Of a DNA stretch of 64,000 nt, positions 14,122 through 27,839 are shown in pieces. The stretch lies in contig JALMLS010000548.1 in the NCBI GenBank assembly GCA_038496445.1, positions 62,001 to 126,000 of the forward strand, read 5' to 3'. A program made the position numbers and the translations under genes. The notes beneath the pieces are model-generated. The model had not been told where the DNA came from. It made no database searches and saw only the letters and a program-made list of their open reading frames with translations. This DNA comes from Trichosphaerium sp. ATCC 40318. Taxonomy: Eukaryota > Protista > Tubulinea. The first letter of the stretch is position 1. Every line of letters starts with the position of its first letter.

Positions 14122-17100
14122 TTATTTTTTTGAAAAGTCAAATGGAGGTGAGATTTTGTGTGTATAAAATCCCTGCTCGTCCTTAAACCATTCTCTTAAT
14201 CCATCATAATCACAAGCATCTGCTAAATCATACAGCACTTTATAATGTAATCTATGCGGATGATGAATTAACTTATCCCACTCTCCAACTTACACTATGT
14301 GCTTTGAAAAATTAGGTCGTTCATCATACAGTAATTGGTTCAGCCTAGCTAGCAAAAGCTCAAGTAGGAACATAATTGCTAGAGGAAAGATTTTACTTCG
14401 AATTGGGTGAACTTTTTGAGTCTTCTTCTTTGTTCACAAGGAACAAGTGTGCGTTTTCTTTTAACCACGTTTCATAATTCTAGGGTAAAATACTTAGATG
14501 AATATTTGAGTTATATTCAGTAATGTACCAGAGGTTCAGAGCCTGTTAAATATCTTATGATTTCAGAGCCAGTTTTAAAGTTATGAAAATTCGCAAACCA
14601 AGGCATGCTTATCTCTTCAACAAATCGTCTTGGCATGCCCCTAGTACTGCAATTTTCTACCCACTCTTCTTTTTCTAATTTAAGGAGATAAAGTTCTTCA
14701 CCAACTAGTAACATTCGGTTAGTTCCAACAGACCAAGCAAGTAGGAAAACACAACTTAGTTGACTTGAAGCTAGAAGGAATAGTACAAACATAGCAGTTA
14801 GTCAGTTAGTGTTTACACAAGATAAGAGGTGATTTTATAACTTATTCTTCGCTGTTGCTTTTTTTTTTGTATGGAAATCTGGCGAGTACCTATTTCAGAA
14901 ACAAGCTGCAATGTCTTGTGTATAGTCATAAACTCAGGTCCACTCAATGTGTATGTCTTACCACCATGTCTATCTTTATCTGCCATAACACCAAGAATAC
15001 ATTCCGTCACATCTCTATTAGCAATCTACAAACGTAAGGCTGTTTTTTCCTCACATTTTGACAGCAAATCATTTTGACGTACTACAGGACCAAGGTCTGC
15101 AATAGGCCAAAAAATTGCCCCAGTTTGTCTCACTTCATCTCCATACCAGAACATTGGTGATTCCATTAGTAAGTGGTATTGTAGTGTACAAGTTGGTATA
15201 CCAATCGTCTAGCTTTAATGTCAACTATTTACAAATGTTTGGTAGGTGCCTTGAATATTGATGCACATTCTTCCATGATTGATTTGGTTGGTTCAGGAAC
15301 TGGTGGTAACGTAGAGTGTACAGCGAATACAATATACTCAAGGGTTGTATTACCTTGTAAAGCTTTTTGTAGTTGCTTGACATGACCAACAAGAGTATAT
15401 CCATTGTCAGGCAGAAACAACAATGTTTTAATACCTATATCAAGTGCAAATGATTAGACACTAAGTTCAATTCCTATTGACTAACCCTTCAATACACGTT
15501 TCATACTGCTTATTTTATCATAATCAAAATAGTGTATATCTGGATCAAGGCCAGACAATTGACGTGGAAAACCTGTAAAAGTAAATTATATTAATTTACA
15601 AATTTAAATAAATGAAAATGTTATGCTTGAGTACCCCTTCTCTGTTCAGTACATACACGTGGATCAAGAATATTATTCTTTAGCACATGCTCAACAAAGT
15701 ACCTACCTGCTTGAGTCACAGCAAAAGCAAGAATCTAAAAATAAATCAAACTCTACTATGTAAAAAATAGTACAGTTGATGATGACGACTTGGTGTTGGT
15801 CTTTGATTTTCTTGAAATCTTTTGTTTAATCTGTAAAGCAGACTTTGTCAACCATCGTGTACGTTTCACACCAGTAGCTTTCTGCATTATGTATCTCATG
15901 TTAGTGTCAACCATTTTTTGAGATAAACTATTATCTGTTTTTGAGATGCTACCAACAACCGTTTAAGAGAAATACGAGATACTGAACTACTTACTTCCCA
16001 AAAACAATGACCATAGACTTGTATTCAGTGAGTGGAATAGGTATAGTTTTAAGGACTTGAACCTAGAAAAAAATAAATTAACACGTGATTGTTCGACTGA
16101 TGGCACACTACCTTGTAGTCTAGCTTTTTTCCTTTTAGCTTTTGCTTAAGATTCTTGAATACATAATCTGCTTGGTTCATTGCAGGTACACATAACTTAT
16201 GTTCAATGCCTTCAATGACATCACCAAGTGCAAAGATATGCGGATACTTTTCAAGATGAAGGTTTTTAGTTACCTTAGCTAGTTAATATTAATACCTTGT
16301 AGCTATTTCTACCTTAATGTGACCGTCTACAGTTAGTTCATTATTAAACTCCGCTTGAAGAAACTTGGTATTTGGTGTTGGCTTCTCACACCAAAAAACC
16401 TTAATATCTGACTTAGCATATTCTGTTGAATAATAGTATTGGTACCTCATCTGCCCTTATAGGCTTTTTTTGTCCAGAAATAGTATATTCGGATTCCCGC
16501 AGCTTTTTAACAGTTGATCCGAAGTTGAAGGTTACACCACTAGCCCTCAAATCTGCCAGCAGGTCCTTTTCGTGCTTGGCCTTTAGTAATCTACGTAAAC
16601 ATGTTTAGTTTGGTTTCTGTAACGTGTTACCTTGGCAAGAACCTATTACTTTGAGTAACTACGGTTATTACTGGTTTTTTGCATTTATTCTTCAACTCGT
16701 GGATTAGCCTCAATGCAATTATACCTATGTTGCATCAGTAATAATTGAATAAGTGAGGTGTTGTACCAGAACCAATAATAAGTAGCTGACTATTGTCATT
16801 GAGAGCTACAGCAACATTGCCAAGCTTTCCTACCCAAGAAAAAGCATCCCAAACTCCACCGAGATCACGTTGAAGACACTTCCAGCTGTACCTATGTAAG
16901 CGGCGTAAGCAACCCAAAACAACAAAAATTTTGTTTAGAACAACAATAAAAGTACGAGCTAATCACGTGCACAATGATTTCGTTTCACGTGCTTATCAAG
17001 CGTTGTGCATGCTTAGAAATGGTTTTCAGATGTGAAATTAACTTGCAGTCATACCCAGTGCATATAACTGCGTAGTCATAAAATATTGTTTGATCTTCAA

Positions 17101-17540
17101 GTATGATGAGTTTCGGTGTCATTTTTTTTACTTTTCCTTTTACAAACGTTGAAGAAGAAGCGGTGAGGATTTTGTTGTGCTGTTAGAAATACGTTAGTGT
17201 AATTTCTACGCAAAGGAGGGTCTACAGACAAGCCACGCACCGAAACAACGAGGTTTTTTAGTTTTTCAATGCATGTCTCTATTGACGTCTCAAAACAGTG
17301 TGATATGCTGTATGGTACTGCTTCAAAGTATTCCTTTTGAAATCAAATAAGGTAAACAGGAAAAATGTACTCATTTTGTACAGAATCATCTATGAGTGTC
17401 AAGTCATAACTAGCGTATTTGTCTAACTTTTGAGCTAACGCAGAACCTGACAAAAAAGGTTTAAACAGCTAATTTGTGAAAAACAACGCTAGTTTACCTG
17501 CAATTCCCCCTCCAATTATCACAACATGCTTTGTAGTCAT
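14122..17540 (-). CDS. AIFM2/FSP1-like FAD-dependent oxidoreductase fused to a C-terminal NmrA-like (atypical SDR) domain; multi-exon
   Basis: Start MTTKHVVIIGGGIAG (FAD Rossmann), then YDYAVICTG, LIIGSGIIA and IFALGDV. Later exons give GAIFWP and DVTECILGVMADKDRHGGKTYTLSGPEFMT, typical of the NmrA C-terminus. I found no intervening stop or new start; last exon ends ...PPFDFSKK*. Confidence 0.7.
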
Positions 17541-17621
17541 TGTAAGCTCGTTCTCGGCTCTGACACGAACTTAGACTGTTATTGACCTTTGCACGACACA
17601 AACAGCACCAAACAAGCAGCA
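17541..17621. promoter_or_regulatory. Putative compact bidirectional promoter (81 bp between divergent ATGs)
   Basis: Divergent start codons at 17540 (-) and 17622 (+). A similar 84-bp gap lies between 19648 (-) and 19733 (+). Confidence 0.45.
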
Positions 17622-18133
17622 ATGTTCCGTGCGTTCGCGTGCAGAGCTAACCACGACCATAGGATTGCGCCACGTGCGTTTAATCGCAATATAAAAGTTA
17701 GAAGCAGGAAACCTCCTGAGAAGCCTAAACCGAAAAAAATTAACTATGGTCAACGCGTTGGTGAAGAATTCAACCGCTTGCATGACAAATTGGAAGAAAA
17801 AGAGCTACACACTGGTAAAAAGGCAACAGAGGAAGAAAGAGTGAAGTTAGAGATTCAAATGAACAGAGCGCAATCAAAAATAAGGTTTAGTAGCGTATTT
17901 CATCGCCTTAACAACTAACCGCGTCTACAGGGAGGAAAAGATTGCTGAAATGAAAGCAGATCCAGAATTTGATTTTGACAGCAAATTCGAGGTTGTCGAA
18001 GGAAACAGGCCCATAAGCGATCAATTAACATAACTATACATGTACAATACAGAAAACAACATTAGAGACCACCTGTCAGTGTGAGTGTATTTACAATTCG
18101 CCCAAAAACCCCAGTTCCTGTCCCTACATGTAG
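17622..18133 (+). CDS. Small basic/charged hypothetical protein with a possible mitochondrial targeting peptide
   Basis: ATG 17622 MFRAFACRANHDHRIAPRAFNRNIKVRS (Arg-rich, nearly acid-free), then a coiled-coil; two GT-AG introns. The 3' end is uncertain. Confidence 0.5.
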
Positions 18134-19648
18134 CGCAAAGCAAGGAAACTAAGATCTAACGCTTCCAGTGCTGTTTGAGATGCCCACGATGGTACAAAAA
18201 GCGCTACAATAAATACCTACATCGTATTAAAGAAGAAGTGTAATACACCAATTTGAATGAATAAGGCGCGAAGACCAAGGTGAGAGGATTACGTACCACT
18301 ACTGTGAAGAAGATATAAGAATTTACGAAGTAACCAAGATACTGAAATTGTAAAAATTTCTTGGCTAGATGAAGATCTCGTTGTCCAATATAAGTATCTC
18401 TTGATGATGCCTTGCTCTTTGTAATCTCTACAATAATTATAATCCAACCAATGCATTGTAAAATCATTGTGAACATCTACAAAGTGTTAAAACGAAAACT
18501 TCAAACCGTTTTTGTTTATGCGAAAAAAAACTATAACACGTACGTGTATGTAACCAGATACGAAAGAAGCGGCTAATCCACAAACTACAAAACCACCCCA
18601 AGGACCTTAAAGCCATAAGTTTAATCAATCTTTAGTCTTAAAAATAAAAGTTTACCAAAAAGTTTCAGAGATCCAGTGACGCCACTTTTACGGTTACTTG
18701 GCCATCCAGAAGCCAGTAAATGAATCATAACCATAAATGAAAATCTTTGTATGTAGAATACAGCATAGTACGGAAGTGTGAGCCACAAAGGAGACGTACC
18801 TTAGCACCGTTAAATTAAGTTTGTTCTGCAATTTTTTTTGTAATCCGTACCAGCTTTTTCCATGTACCAATACGCTGCAGCAACACCACACCACACAATT
18901 TTTAATACAGGCAACCCAAACATAAACTTGTGAATGTATCGAGATTTCTAAATGTCAAAATGTCAAAAAGTGACACATTGCACTTGCCATTTTCAAAAAA
19001 ATTACAATTTTCGTACGTCTCTCAAATAAAACCAAGCTGGTAGTACCAATACCCATAGTACTCCTAGAACACCAAAACATATCATCATATACTCAAAATC
19101 TGTAGTGATATGGCTGTTAGGGTTGACAAGCCTCATGTGAATCTGATAGTTATGTGAATATGTAGTTTTCAAAAAATATCCGTACAGATGATGTTGTATT
19201 CAATTTATAGCAATCTATAGCGTAAAAATCTAACGTAGCGGTAGTTTTAATATCGAGGACGCCTGTTGAGTTGTAGCTTAAGGTATTAGGAGGTATAGCA
19301 CATGGGCTTGGTACACCATTCGAAATACGGCATAAGCTGGCGTTTGGCGTCATAAATGTTTCTTTAAATTGTGCTGCAGTGCATCCAACAATGTGTACAA
19401 GCGAAGTTCTGTTACTCTAGACGTTGTCAATTGACTAGTGGCTTATACAACAATCGTACAATACTTGTGACAGTTAAAGACGCCGTTCCACCCGATTTGA
19501 ACCCAAAACTATGTTTGTTATTACATAATACAGAAATATAATATTACCGTATTAAATGCGAAATCCTCTCTGTGTTTGGAACGTTTATGGTTGTTTCAAA
19601 CGAGTTAACCATAATAATCAACGACAATGCCAATAAAATCAAACGCAT
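18125..19648 (-). CDS. GOST/LUSTR family (GPR107/GPR108/TMEM87-like) seven-transmembrane protein
   Basis: Signal peptide MRLILLALSLIIMVNS, a luminal domain, then several hydrophobic exons. YIHKFMFGLPVLKIVW and KKFLQFQYLGYFVNSYIFFTVVV resemble GPR107/108 IHWLMxxL..K and KLKLFRHYYVMVxCYxYFTRII. The 3' end is approximate. Confidence 0.55.
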
Positions 19649-19732
19649 AGTTACAGCACCAAGTAGGGGTGTTGGTGTAATGACGGCGATGTTGACTTAA
19701 ATCACGCGCTAAGTGGCTGAGCTCCAAGTGCC

Positions 19733-21080
19733 ATGGACAGAGAAGGTACGTACTTGTGACTCATGGAAAATGTTAACAACGGAAACAATAGTGTTTTTGA
19801 ACAGTCAACCGTTTCTGCAACGCTATGAAGAATATGGAAGTGGCGTCAATGATGCTATGAACAACCAACACCAAATTTTTGAAGGGCTTTGCCACTTTGA
19901 ACATTTTCCAACCAAAAAGTAGTGTTATTAGCGTTTTAACTTACTTCAACAATGCTTACACACTTTGTAGAACAATGCACTTTGCTGTAACAAATTCTAA
20001 CCAAAATGCAACGCAAACGGTACAACAACGCAGTTTACAACAAATTTACGTTATCTTTAGCGTCTAAAGCTGATATTGATTCGTGAAGGCGAAAACACCT
20101 CGTGCGTTATTTCATCTATCCGCAATTTATACCTTACCCTACATAGTACCAAGTTGATGGCAGTATTCAATGAGCAATGGTTTTATATTGTCGATCACGT
20201 GAGCATAACGTTGATTGCAGTTGTACCATCTTTAGAAGGCAAACATGGTTTTTTCAAGAAAAATGCATTTTTTGTAATTGGCGTTATTTTGCTTGGAGTA
20301 TAGTGCACTTCTAACGCATACCATAGACTATTTGACATTAGTTTCTGAAAACAAATTACCACAGAGACCAGCTCACGTATTTGTTATGTTCCCTTCTCTC
20401 ACAATGATATACTACACATCAAACACGACTACTACCTGGCAGAATGATCACGAACAACTTCACGGGTAATATCCAAGGTGAAAGTGAATCTTAACAACAT
20501 ATAGATCAATGAAAACAATGCTCCAATCGCTTGGTAAACAAACTGAGACAGAACCAAAACAAAACAGTCAAAACTTCAAATTGATTGAACAGCAGCTTGA
20601 AGGTCTCAAGCTTCGAGGCTTATCTTTTGTGAGTATGCTGGGTAACGCATGTGAAGCATATGGTAGTCATTCTGTAACAAACGTAGAGTGCGTATATGTC
20701 AAATCCGTCATATTGACAAGGGTTAATAGAGCGGTTGATACAGAGCAAGTTAAATCTGTTCTTAACGATATTTTTAATACTCAAAAAAAGATTCAAGGTG
20801 ATACTAAAGCTATATCAAGTACAAAGGCAATTTTTGAAGAACGAATGCAACAAGCAGAGAAAGAGTCCAAGAGTTGCATTGCATCTATTTGCGAACGAGC
20901 AAATAAGAAACAAATCCCAAATGTAGTAAGTAAAATCAAGTTAATTTTATTTTTGTGCTTACTGTTTTAAGACATGCAGAGAAAAATTAGAGCAATTGAC
21001 GTCACAATTAGAAAAAGATTTTGACTTGTCTCTAAGCTGCGATATAGCGAAATGTGTATACGGTGTAAATATGTAAAATA
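19733..21080 (+). CDS. Hypothetical multi-exon protein with C-terminal coiled-coil
   Basis: ATG 19733 (MDRE|GTACG) followed by GT-AG-bounded coding blocks (FLNSQPFLQRYEEYGSG..., SMKTMLQSLGKQTETE..., AVDTEQVKSVLNDIFNTQKKIQG). No family recognised; ends are approximate. Confidence 0.5.
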
Positions 21081-21199
21081 CAAAACAATATCGACAATTT
21101 TAAAGTAAAAAAATGTATTTCACATACTTATGCTGTCGCTACATAGTTGGCCGTAGCACAATAATGTTGTGAAAGGTCGCAAGAACGGGATTGACCAAG

Positions 21200-24100
21200 C
21201 TTGCTTTTGTTTGGTTTGTGCCTTTCTATCACTAGTATCAACAACAGCGTAACGTATTGTTTTAACTACCAATACTTTAATAATTCAGTACAAATAAACG
21301 AGGCCTCAATTAGTTCAACCTACATCAATACCTACGAACGTACAACATGGAGAGTGAGTTTTCAGGGGGTACAAAGCTTTTTAGCCTGTTTTTAGCTCAC
21401 AGGCGTTGTAGTAGAGTTACAACCCGTCACAAGGCCTAAAACTCAATCCAAAGTTAATTTGGTACGTTTACTCTGTTTGGCCTAATACGTAACTATACTA
21501 ATAAGAATCAACGCTTACTTGTCATCGTAGGGAGACCCAGGGCTGTACCCAGCTAACTTTCAAGATCCTGATTACCGCAAACACTTCGTTCCATGGAATC
21601 AATTCGTTGCGCTTCTTTCCGACCTGACGCGCTCCGGTGAGCGCACAAAGAGCACTTATGGGGTGAGTACAATCCAAACTAGCGTATTTTAAGACATACT
21701 TATTTCCTACGCGTGTAGGGTAACGTAGGCGTTAATGAATCCAAGTTCCTCGCCCTAGTAGAGGATTCTGTCACAAATTTGAACTCGTTCTGCAACGAAA
21801 AGGTAGAAGATCTTAAAACTGATATTACGTTTCTACGACGTAAAGTGGAGCGTAAAGTAGGACCAGAAGAAAGACCTATGCGTACGAACAACGATGGCTT
21901 TTTTGGTTTTATTTCCTTGTTTGGGACTTACTATTCGACTAAACTACGCTTGCAGGTACTACCAAATTGGTGGTACAAGAGATAGATAGAGCTGCAGAGG
22001 CTATACTTACGCTAGACCAATTTGTTGGTCAAAACTTTATAATGATCATTTCGCTGGTCGCAAGGCATGACAAGATTATGGGTGTGCCTACAATTAAATA
22101 GTACGCCAAAGTTTTGTTGTTTGGCTTCGCACTAACGCTTCTCAGCTGGACAAATCGTCTAGAAAAGGAAGATTTTACAAATGTTATCTTCCCTGGATTG
22201 CTCGTAGGGTTATCCGATATAAGACGTGCTTTATCAGGTGATACTGATAAAAAGGCAGCTAAGGCTCTAAAGAGTGCTGTTATTCAAAGCCAGTACAAAT
22301 CTCAGAAATTTTGGTACGCGTAGAAGAGACAGCTAACGAGCTTTTGTTCATTTTTCTCGCACAGGGTTCGATTGCAAGATGTTATTAAGGCTAAAACTAT
22401 GGTTTTAAAATACGTGCCTTGCGTTAAAACTGGGTACAAAAAAGGTGCGTGTTTGGAATGGAAAAACAAAAAAATAACCAAACTCGTTCTCTTTCTTATA
22501 AAAAGTGTTGTTGCTCGTTAAAAGTAATATGCGATGGCGTACTGATAATGTGAAAAGGAAAATTCAATAAGGAGAAAGCATTTGATCAGCCAGATTATGA
22601 TACAAGGACTGTAGTGTTTTTTGATGATGATCAGTTATCAGTCTACAATTCTAGGTTAGCTGGTCAGGATTGTTACTCGTTTAACGTGGCATGGTACCAT
22701 CTTTTTATTGAGTAGCTTATAGCGTATTAAAGATGCTCTTAGGAAGCATGACGTGGAAAAAGAGGGCGAAAACGATTTTGTAATCGCACAGAGAAAAGCT
22801 CATTACACAACAGCGGGACAGAGTAATGTCGAGTCTATACCATTAAAATATAAGCAAGTGTCTCAGTTCTTAGGAGGTAGATGGCAATGGGAGTTACTAG
22901 GCGATAGACTTCTTGACAATAGTACGTATTGCTTTACCATCTCTACAAAACTTCCTTTTTTGCGCTAATACTTCGCTTTAGGTAAAATTACAGACGATCA
23001 GTACAAGAAAACATCTAAAGTAGCTGGTGAAGTACAGAAATTCATTCTAGGTGGAGGTTTAAAGCCTACAGTAAAAGTTATCTACAATCGGTAATGGTTT
23101 TCGCTATCTTTTTGAAGTACAGGTCTACAAGTTTACTAACGTACTGGTATAGTTCTGCATACTTTTTTACCAATTCAGACGATAGAATTGTACTCGATAC
23201 GAGCATTTCGATGGTTAAGGAAAAATCATACAGTGCGTCAATCTACTGTATGCTTTATGGCTTTTCTGACGATTTATTAAAGCCAAAAAGGGACAATGGA
23301 CAAGAGATATGACATCTCTACGCGAAGACCAAGAATGCGTAAGAATTTCTTTCAAGCTCTTTTAGAGGTTGCAGTGATAGTTCTTTTTGTTTATTTGGTT
23401 TTTATTAGTTGTTTCCATTTGCTACACTAGAAATGCGCTACGATGTGTCAAACCCACCAAAATGGGCCACAGATTTGCTTCAATCAGGTCTTCTCATTCT
23501 TGTAGACGATTTCTCAAAGTTTCTACATGGTGAGCGTGCAACTACTTGCAAACCAATCCTCTAAAAACGCGTTTAGGCAGTGCTATGTTCAATCCAAAGG
23601 CTCAAAATCAACCACATTGGTAAGCACTTTTTGGCTTAGTTGTAGGGCCTCTTTATCTTACCAGGGGACATAGGTTTGCTAACCCTGGTGCTCTATTACT
23701 TGGTGTAAAGGGTGGTAGATGGTACACGTTCGCAACTCAGCTTGCTAATGAAATGGGTATGTGATTATGTTTGGAAAGAAAAACAACATGCGAGCAGCTT
23801 CATTTCTATTTTTCTTACCTACGTTTAGCTATAAGAAGGAATACACATGCGCCAATAAGTATATCACCGCCACCTATGAATTCATCTCCTAGAGAACGCA
23901 TACGGTGTACGTACTGACAACAAACCAACTGTTTGTTTTACCATCTGCATGAAAACCCTATTGTCTTACTCGCTCACTCATGTAATAATAGCTGGATCTA
24001 AAGTAGCTCCTGTAAGTATAAGAGAAAGTAGTGCTCCAGTGGATTCAAAACGCTTGCAGCAAAATATACGTATAGAACCTAAAACGTTCTTTGCAAATGA

Positions 24101-24622
24101 AAGGTAGTTTTTTTGTCACTTATTTTTTAATTACTTCTCTCTAGGACTATGTTGCAATGGGTTAATAGTGTAGTACTTCTTGCTACAGTTGGTCTAGCAC
24201 TTGTTTCACTTGGAAACAGTGGTGCTCGGATAGCAGGTAAGTGTCATACGCAATGACAAAGGAAATATTTTACAAGTTTTTTTGAGTACTTACACCACAT
24301 GCAAAGGTTTCATTCTTGGTCCAGTTTCTATCATTTTTGCAATTTATGCACTAGTTATCTACCATATTCGTAGACGTGCTATTCGTGCAAGGAGGAATAC
24401 AAACGCTTATGACGATCGTATAGGACCTTACGTTTTAGTTCCAATACTTATTGTACGAATGGTTGTCTTTTACTTGTTCTCGCTAATGATTTTTGTTAGA
24501 TCGCCATTATTGTCTCTGGTGTATTTTCAGCACTAGAATCAGGGGTAAGTCACAAAGAAATAATTTACTCTTACAATGTACTAACGTTTTTTTGATAGAC
24601 AAACCTCGCTTCTGCATTTTAA
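21200..24622 (+). CDS. Vacuolar transporter chaperone subunit (SPX + VTC/TTM tunnel + DUF202 three-TM), probably non-catalytic Vtc2/Vtc3-like
   Basis: RIEPKTFFANERTMLQW, YHIRRRAIRARRNTNAYDDRIGP, DDFSKFLHG, PTVKVIYNRSAYF, DRIVLDTSISMVKE and FPFATLEMRY; N-terminal SPX-like helices. Start codon not located; TAA at 24620-24622. Confidence 0.88.
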
Positions 24623-25244
24623 ATTAACTATTTGCGCTTCGCAGCTGTAACATAAATAAAAAGGCCTTGAAATGGATTTTTACGACTTTTCTCACCATCC
24701 GTTTCCAGCTATTGGCAATGATTTAAATACATATGTTGCTCTACAGTAGACATTTTTGGAAATGCGCAGTATTTACGAGACAAAAACCTGAACAAATATG
24801 CCAAAATTATGAGTTTTCTGAAATACCGAAATGTTTCAGAACCCAGTGGAGTTGCGACCATCAGCCAATGTAGGGTACCTTCACATACTCGTGTGCAAAT
24901 CTTTACAAACCACTTTTTATTGTGTTTGGTTTTCTCTTGCTTTAAAATAAGTTTGCAATCTGCTTTCTACCAGATCCATCAGTCATCTTTACCTTACTTT
25001 ACTTTCTTAAATAAACAAACTTTGGGGCTTTGGCTATATGGATCTTTTTGTACATAAATATTTTTTGTGGCAATCAGGCTTTGCTGGACCATGTCATATA
25101 TCAGCTTTCTCGAGGCTCCACAAACACAAGGGAGGAGCTGAGGAGGAGACAATACTTGTAAAATAGAACTTGTTACGGACCGTCAAAGCGAATCTTGACC
25201 AATCGGGTAAAGTAATAGTAAAAAATACGCTTGACAGAGCCCTA

Positions 25245-27367
25245 ATGGCTTCGTTTTCGTATTACATACCTGTTTTGGCTTTTTTGGTAGTGTGCGTTGC
25301 GTCTAAAGACGTTACAGGTACATACAGTAAGTATTCTGACACTAAAACGTTACAGTTGATTTTACTTCGCCAATAAGATATTGGGACGGTTTTGGGGTAC
25401 TGAATTGAACACAACGAAGCGTGGCACTATCTAAATCAAACACTAGCTAAACTACGTTGAAACGGCCCAAACGCTAAACTATAGTGCATGGCAACAAGAT
25501 TACGGCGGTTTTAGTATAATGTCGTCCGATGATAGAGCAAAAGTAATGGAACTTTTCTTTGGCAAAGACGGCTTACGTCCAGGTTAGTTAAAGCCAGCCT
25601 GCTGTTACTAGACAGATATATTGTAATACCAATACACAGGTTTGTTAAAAATGTTTCTTGATCCATTCCACGAGGGATACACTATTGCTGGCACGTGATT
25701 TTTTTTTTGAAAAACTTTTCGAAAACACAACTTTTCTTACAACAATTCGTTTAGGTAACGATAATGGCGACCCTTATGTTTTGAATATGCCAGGTTTTGA
25801 TCATACTACAACGACCAAAAATCAGTTATTTCATGCGACAGAAGGGCTTAAAATGATCAAGGAATGGGGGTACGACAAAATTGTAATTGTTTACAATTCT
25901 CTGAATGCATACTGTTTAGGGGTACGCTCAAAGTACTAGCTGGAATGTACGGTCCAGCTGGCTGGGTAACTAAGGAGAGAAAAATAAGGTCCAGAGACCT
26001 TGATCCTGAACGTAAATATGAATGTGGAGAGTACCTAGTTTCTTGGGCAAAATTTCTGAAAACCAAAGGTCTACCAGTACATGCTATATCCCTTCACAAC
26101 GAAGGCGAGGATGGCGGGCCTGACCGATATCCTACACATCCAGGTTAGTCAGAAAGGAGCATGCATCGTTTCTCATGCCACTTAGGGCAAGACTATGACA
26201 TGTTTTGGCCTGCAGATCAGATTGTCGAGTTTATAGTATTCCTTCGTGATATGCTTGACAAAGATGACCTGGATGAAGTACTCATATCACCGGGTAGGCA
26301 ATAATAATTTGTTAAACTAACTAAGAGTAAAACAAGGCGAGACATCCAGTTTGGACCATTTGATTTCGTTTAACATTTCAACTGCAATTTCGTCAAACCC
26401 AGAAGCACTAAAGAATCTTGGTATTATAACCTCACATGGGTTCGGAAGTGCCGACAATAGGGCTATAAATATGTTGCGTGAAAAGAGTAATAAAGGAAAT
26501 AACCTTCATGCATGGGTATGTCCTCTGTATTGTGGTGATAACCTAACAATATCTGATCAGATTACTTCCGACTCTTTTGAGCAAATGACAGTCCCATTTA
26601 TTGAGGTAGGCCCTTGGCCACTATTTAGTTGGGTATATGCTAACCCTAACGGTAGCAATACATTTCACATATTTACACCAGCGGTATAAATGGACTTATT
26701 CCTTGGGCTACAATCCAGAGGTAGCGTTATTTTATCAGCGAGGTTTTTTGACTAACATTTGTTTAAGGCCATCTCAGGTACGATTCATAGTTAGAATCGC
26801 TCAATGACTAATTGTATAAAGTGGGTTAGAGGGGATCCTAATCCAGGTACTTGCGTAATTGTAAATGATGATGGCACCTTCAAAGTGACAAGGTACAACA
26901 TTCTCATAATTTTATCAAACTGTTATTATTGAGTAACAAAATTTTTAGAGGGTATTACTACTTGAAGCAGCTTTCTCGTGCAGGACAAGCAGGTACATAC
27001 TATTACTCTCCATACAGTGTAAACAATAAAAAACATCCACAAAGGTTCTACAGTTGTTTCTGTATCTCCTACAGATAACACTGTGGCAGCTTGGGCTTCT
27101 ACAAGTGATGCAGTAAAAGATTCATTCGTGATAGTAAATTCGGTATGTTAGCTTTTCTCTCTTTACTTGGTAACCTTCTCTTAGAACAACGCAACTGAAT
27201 CAATGAGTATTGCAATTAAAGGGTCTGGGGATACTTGGTTAGGCACACGAACTAATGACATGGGAACAGAAGAGTACTATGATATTGGCACTTTTGTTTC
27301 GAAGAATAATGTCCTGGTGTACAGTGCTCCACCGTTATCAGTTACAACCTTCTTTAGAAGTGACTAG
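25245..27367 (+). CDS. Secreted clan GH-A (GH30-like) TIM-barrel glycoside hydrolase with C-terminal beta-sandwich
   Basis: Signal peptide MASFSYYIPVLAFLVVCVAS; WDGFG, ELFFGKDGL, AISLHNEGE (acid/base NE), ITSHGFG, YYYLKQLSRAGQAG and YSAPPLSVTTFF ends. About 13 introns including a 10-nt micro-exon near 26768-26777. Confidence 0.75.
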
Positions 27368-27839
27368 TGCTTGGTGTTGGAACAATGGCTTGAATAATAT
27401 CTCTGCTTTATGATGAAGAAGGCTCATTTACACCATGACAATCAAAAAATAAATAACATTTAAAACAAAAAAAATACAGGCAGAGGTAGAAATTTCTTTC
27501 TTCCAACAAAAAAGTTAACTATCACGTGCAAGTATAAAAAAGAAACTGTTCTGGTGTTAGTAATACGAGACTATTTAGAAGTATGTAAACGTTACCAGGT
27601 GATTGTGGTGAAGAAGCACATTTCCAAACGTTGCCTTGCAATGCTTGGCTCCCAAGGCAGCTTCGGCTGTTTTCAAAGGCGAGATAACTGCTCAGTAAGT
27701 GCCGTAATTTTTTGTTTGTTGGCATGGACTTTCTGTCTTTAGACTGCCTAGTACTACCAATCTTGAGCAGTTCAATGTAAGAATACTCTCGAGCCAGTGG
27801 TATTAAATGGAAATGGCAATACCCAATGATACACGCCTG

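Noticed and set aside
21130-21200. Two short hairpins (GCTAC...GTAGC and GGTC...GACC) as a possible tRNA/ncRNA
   Set aside because: No cloverleaf, T-loop or A/B boxes; stems are too short to support a call.
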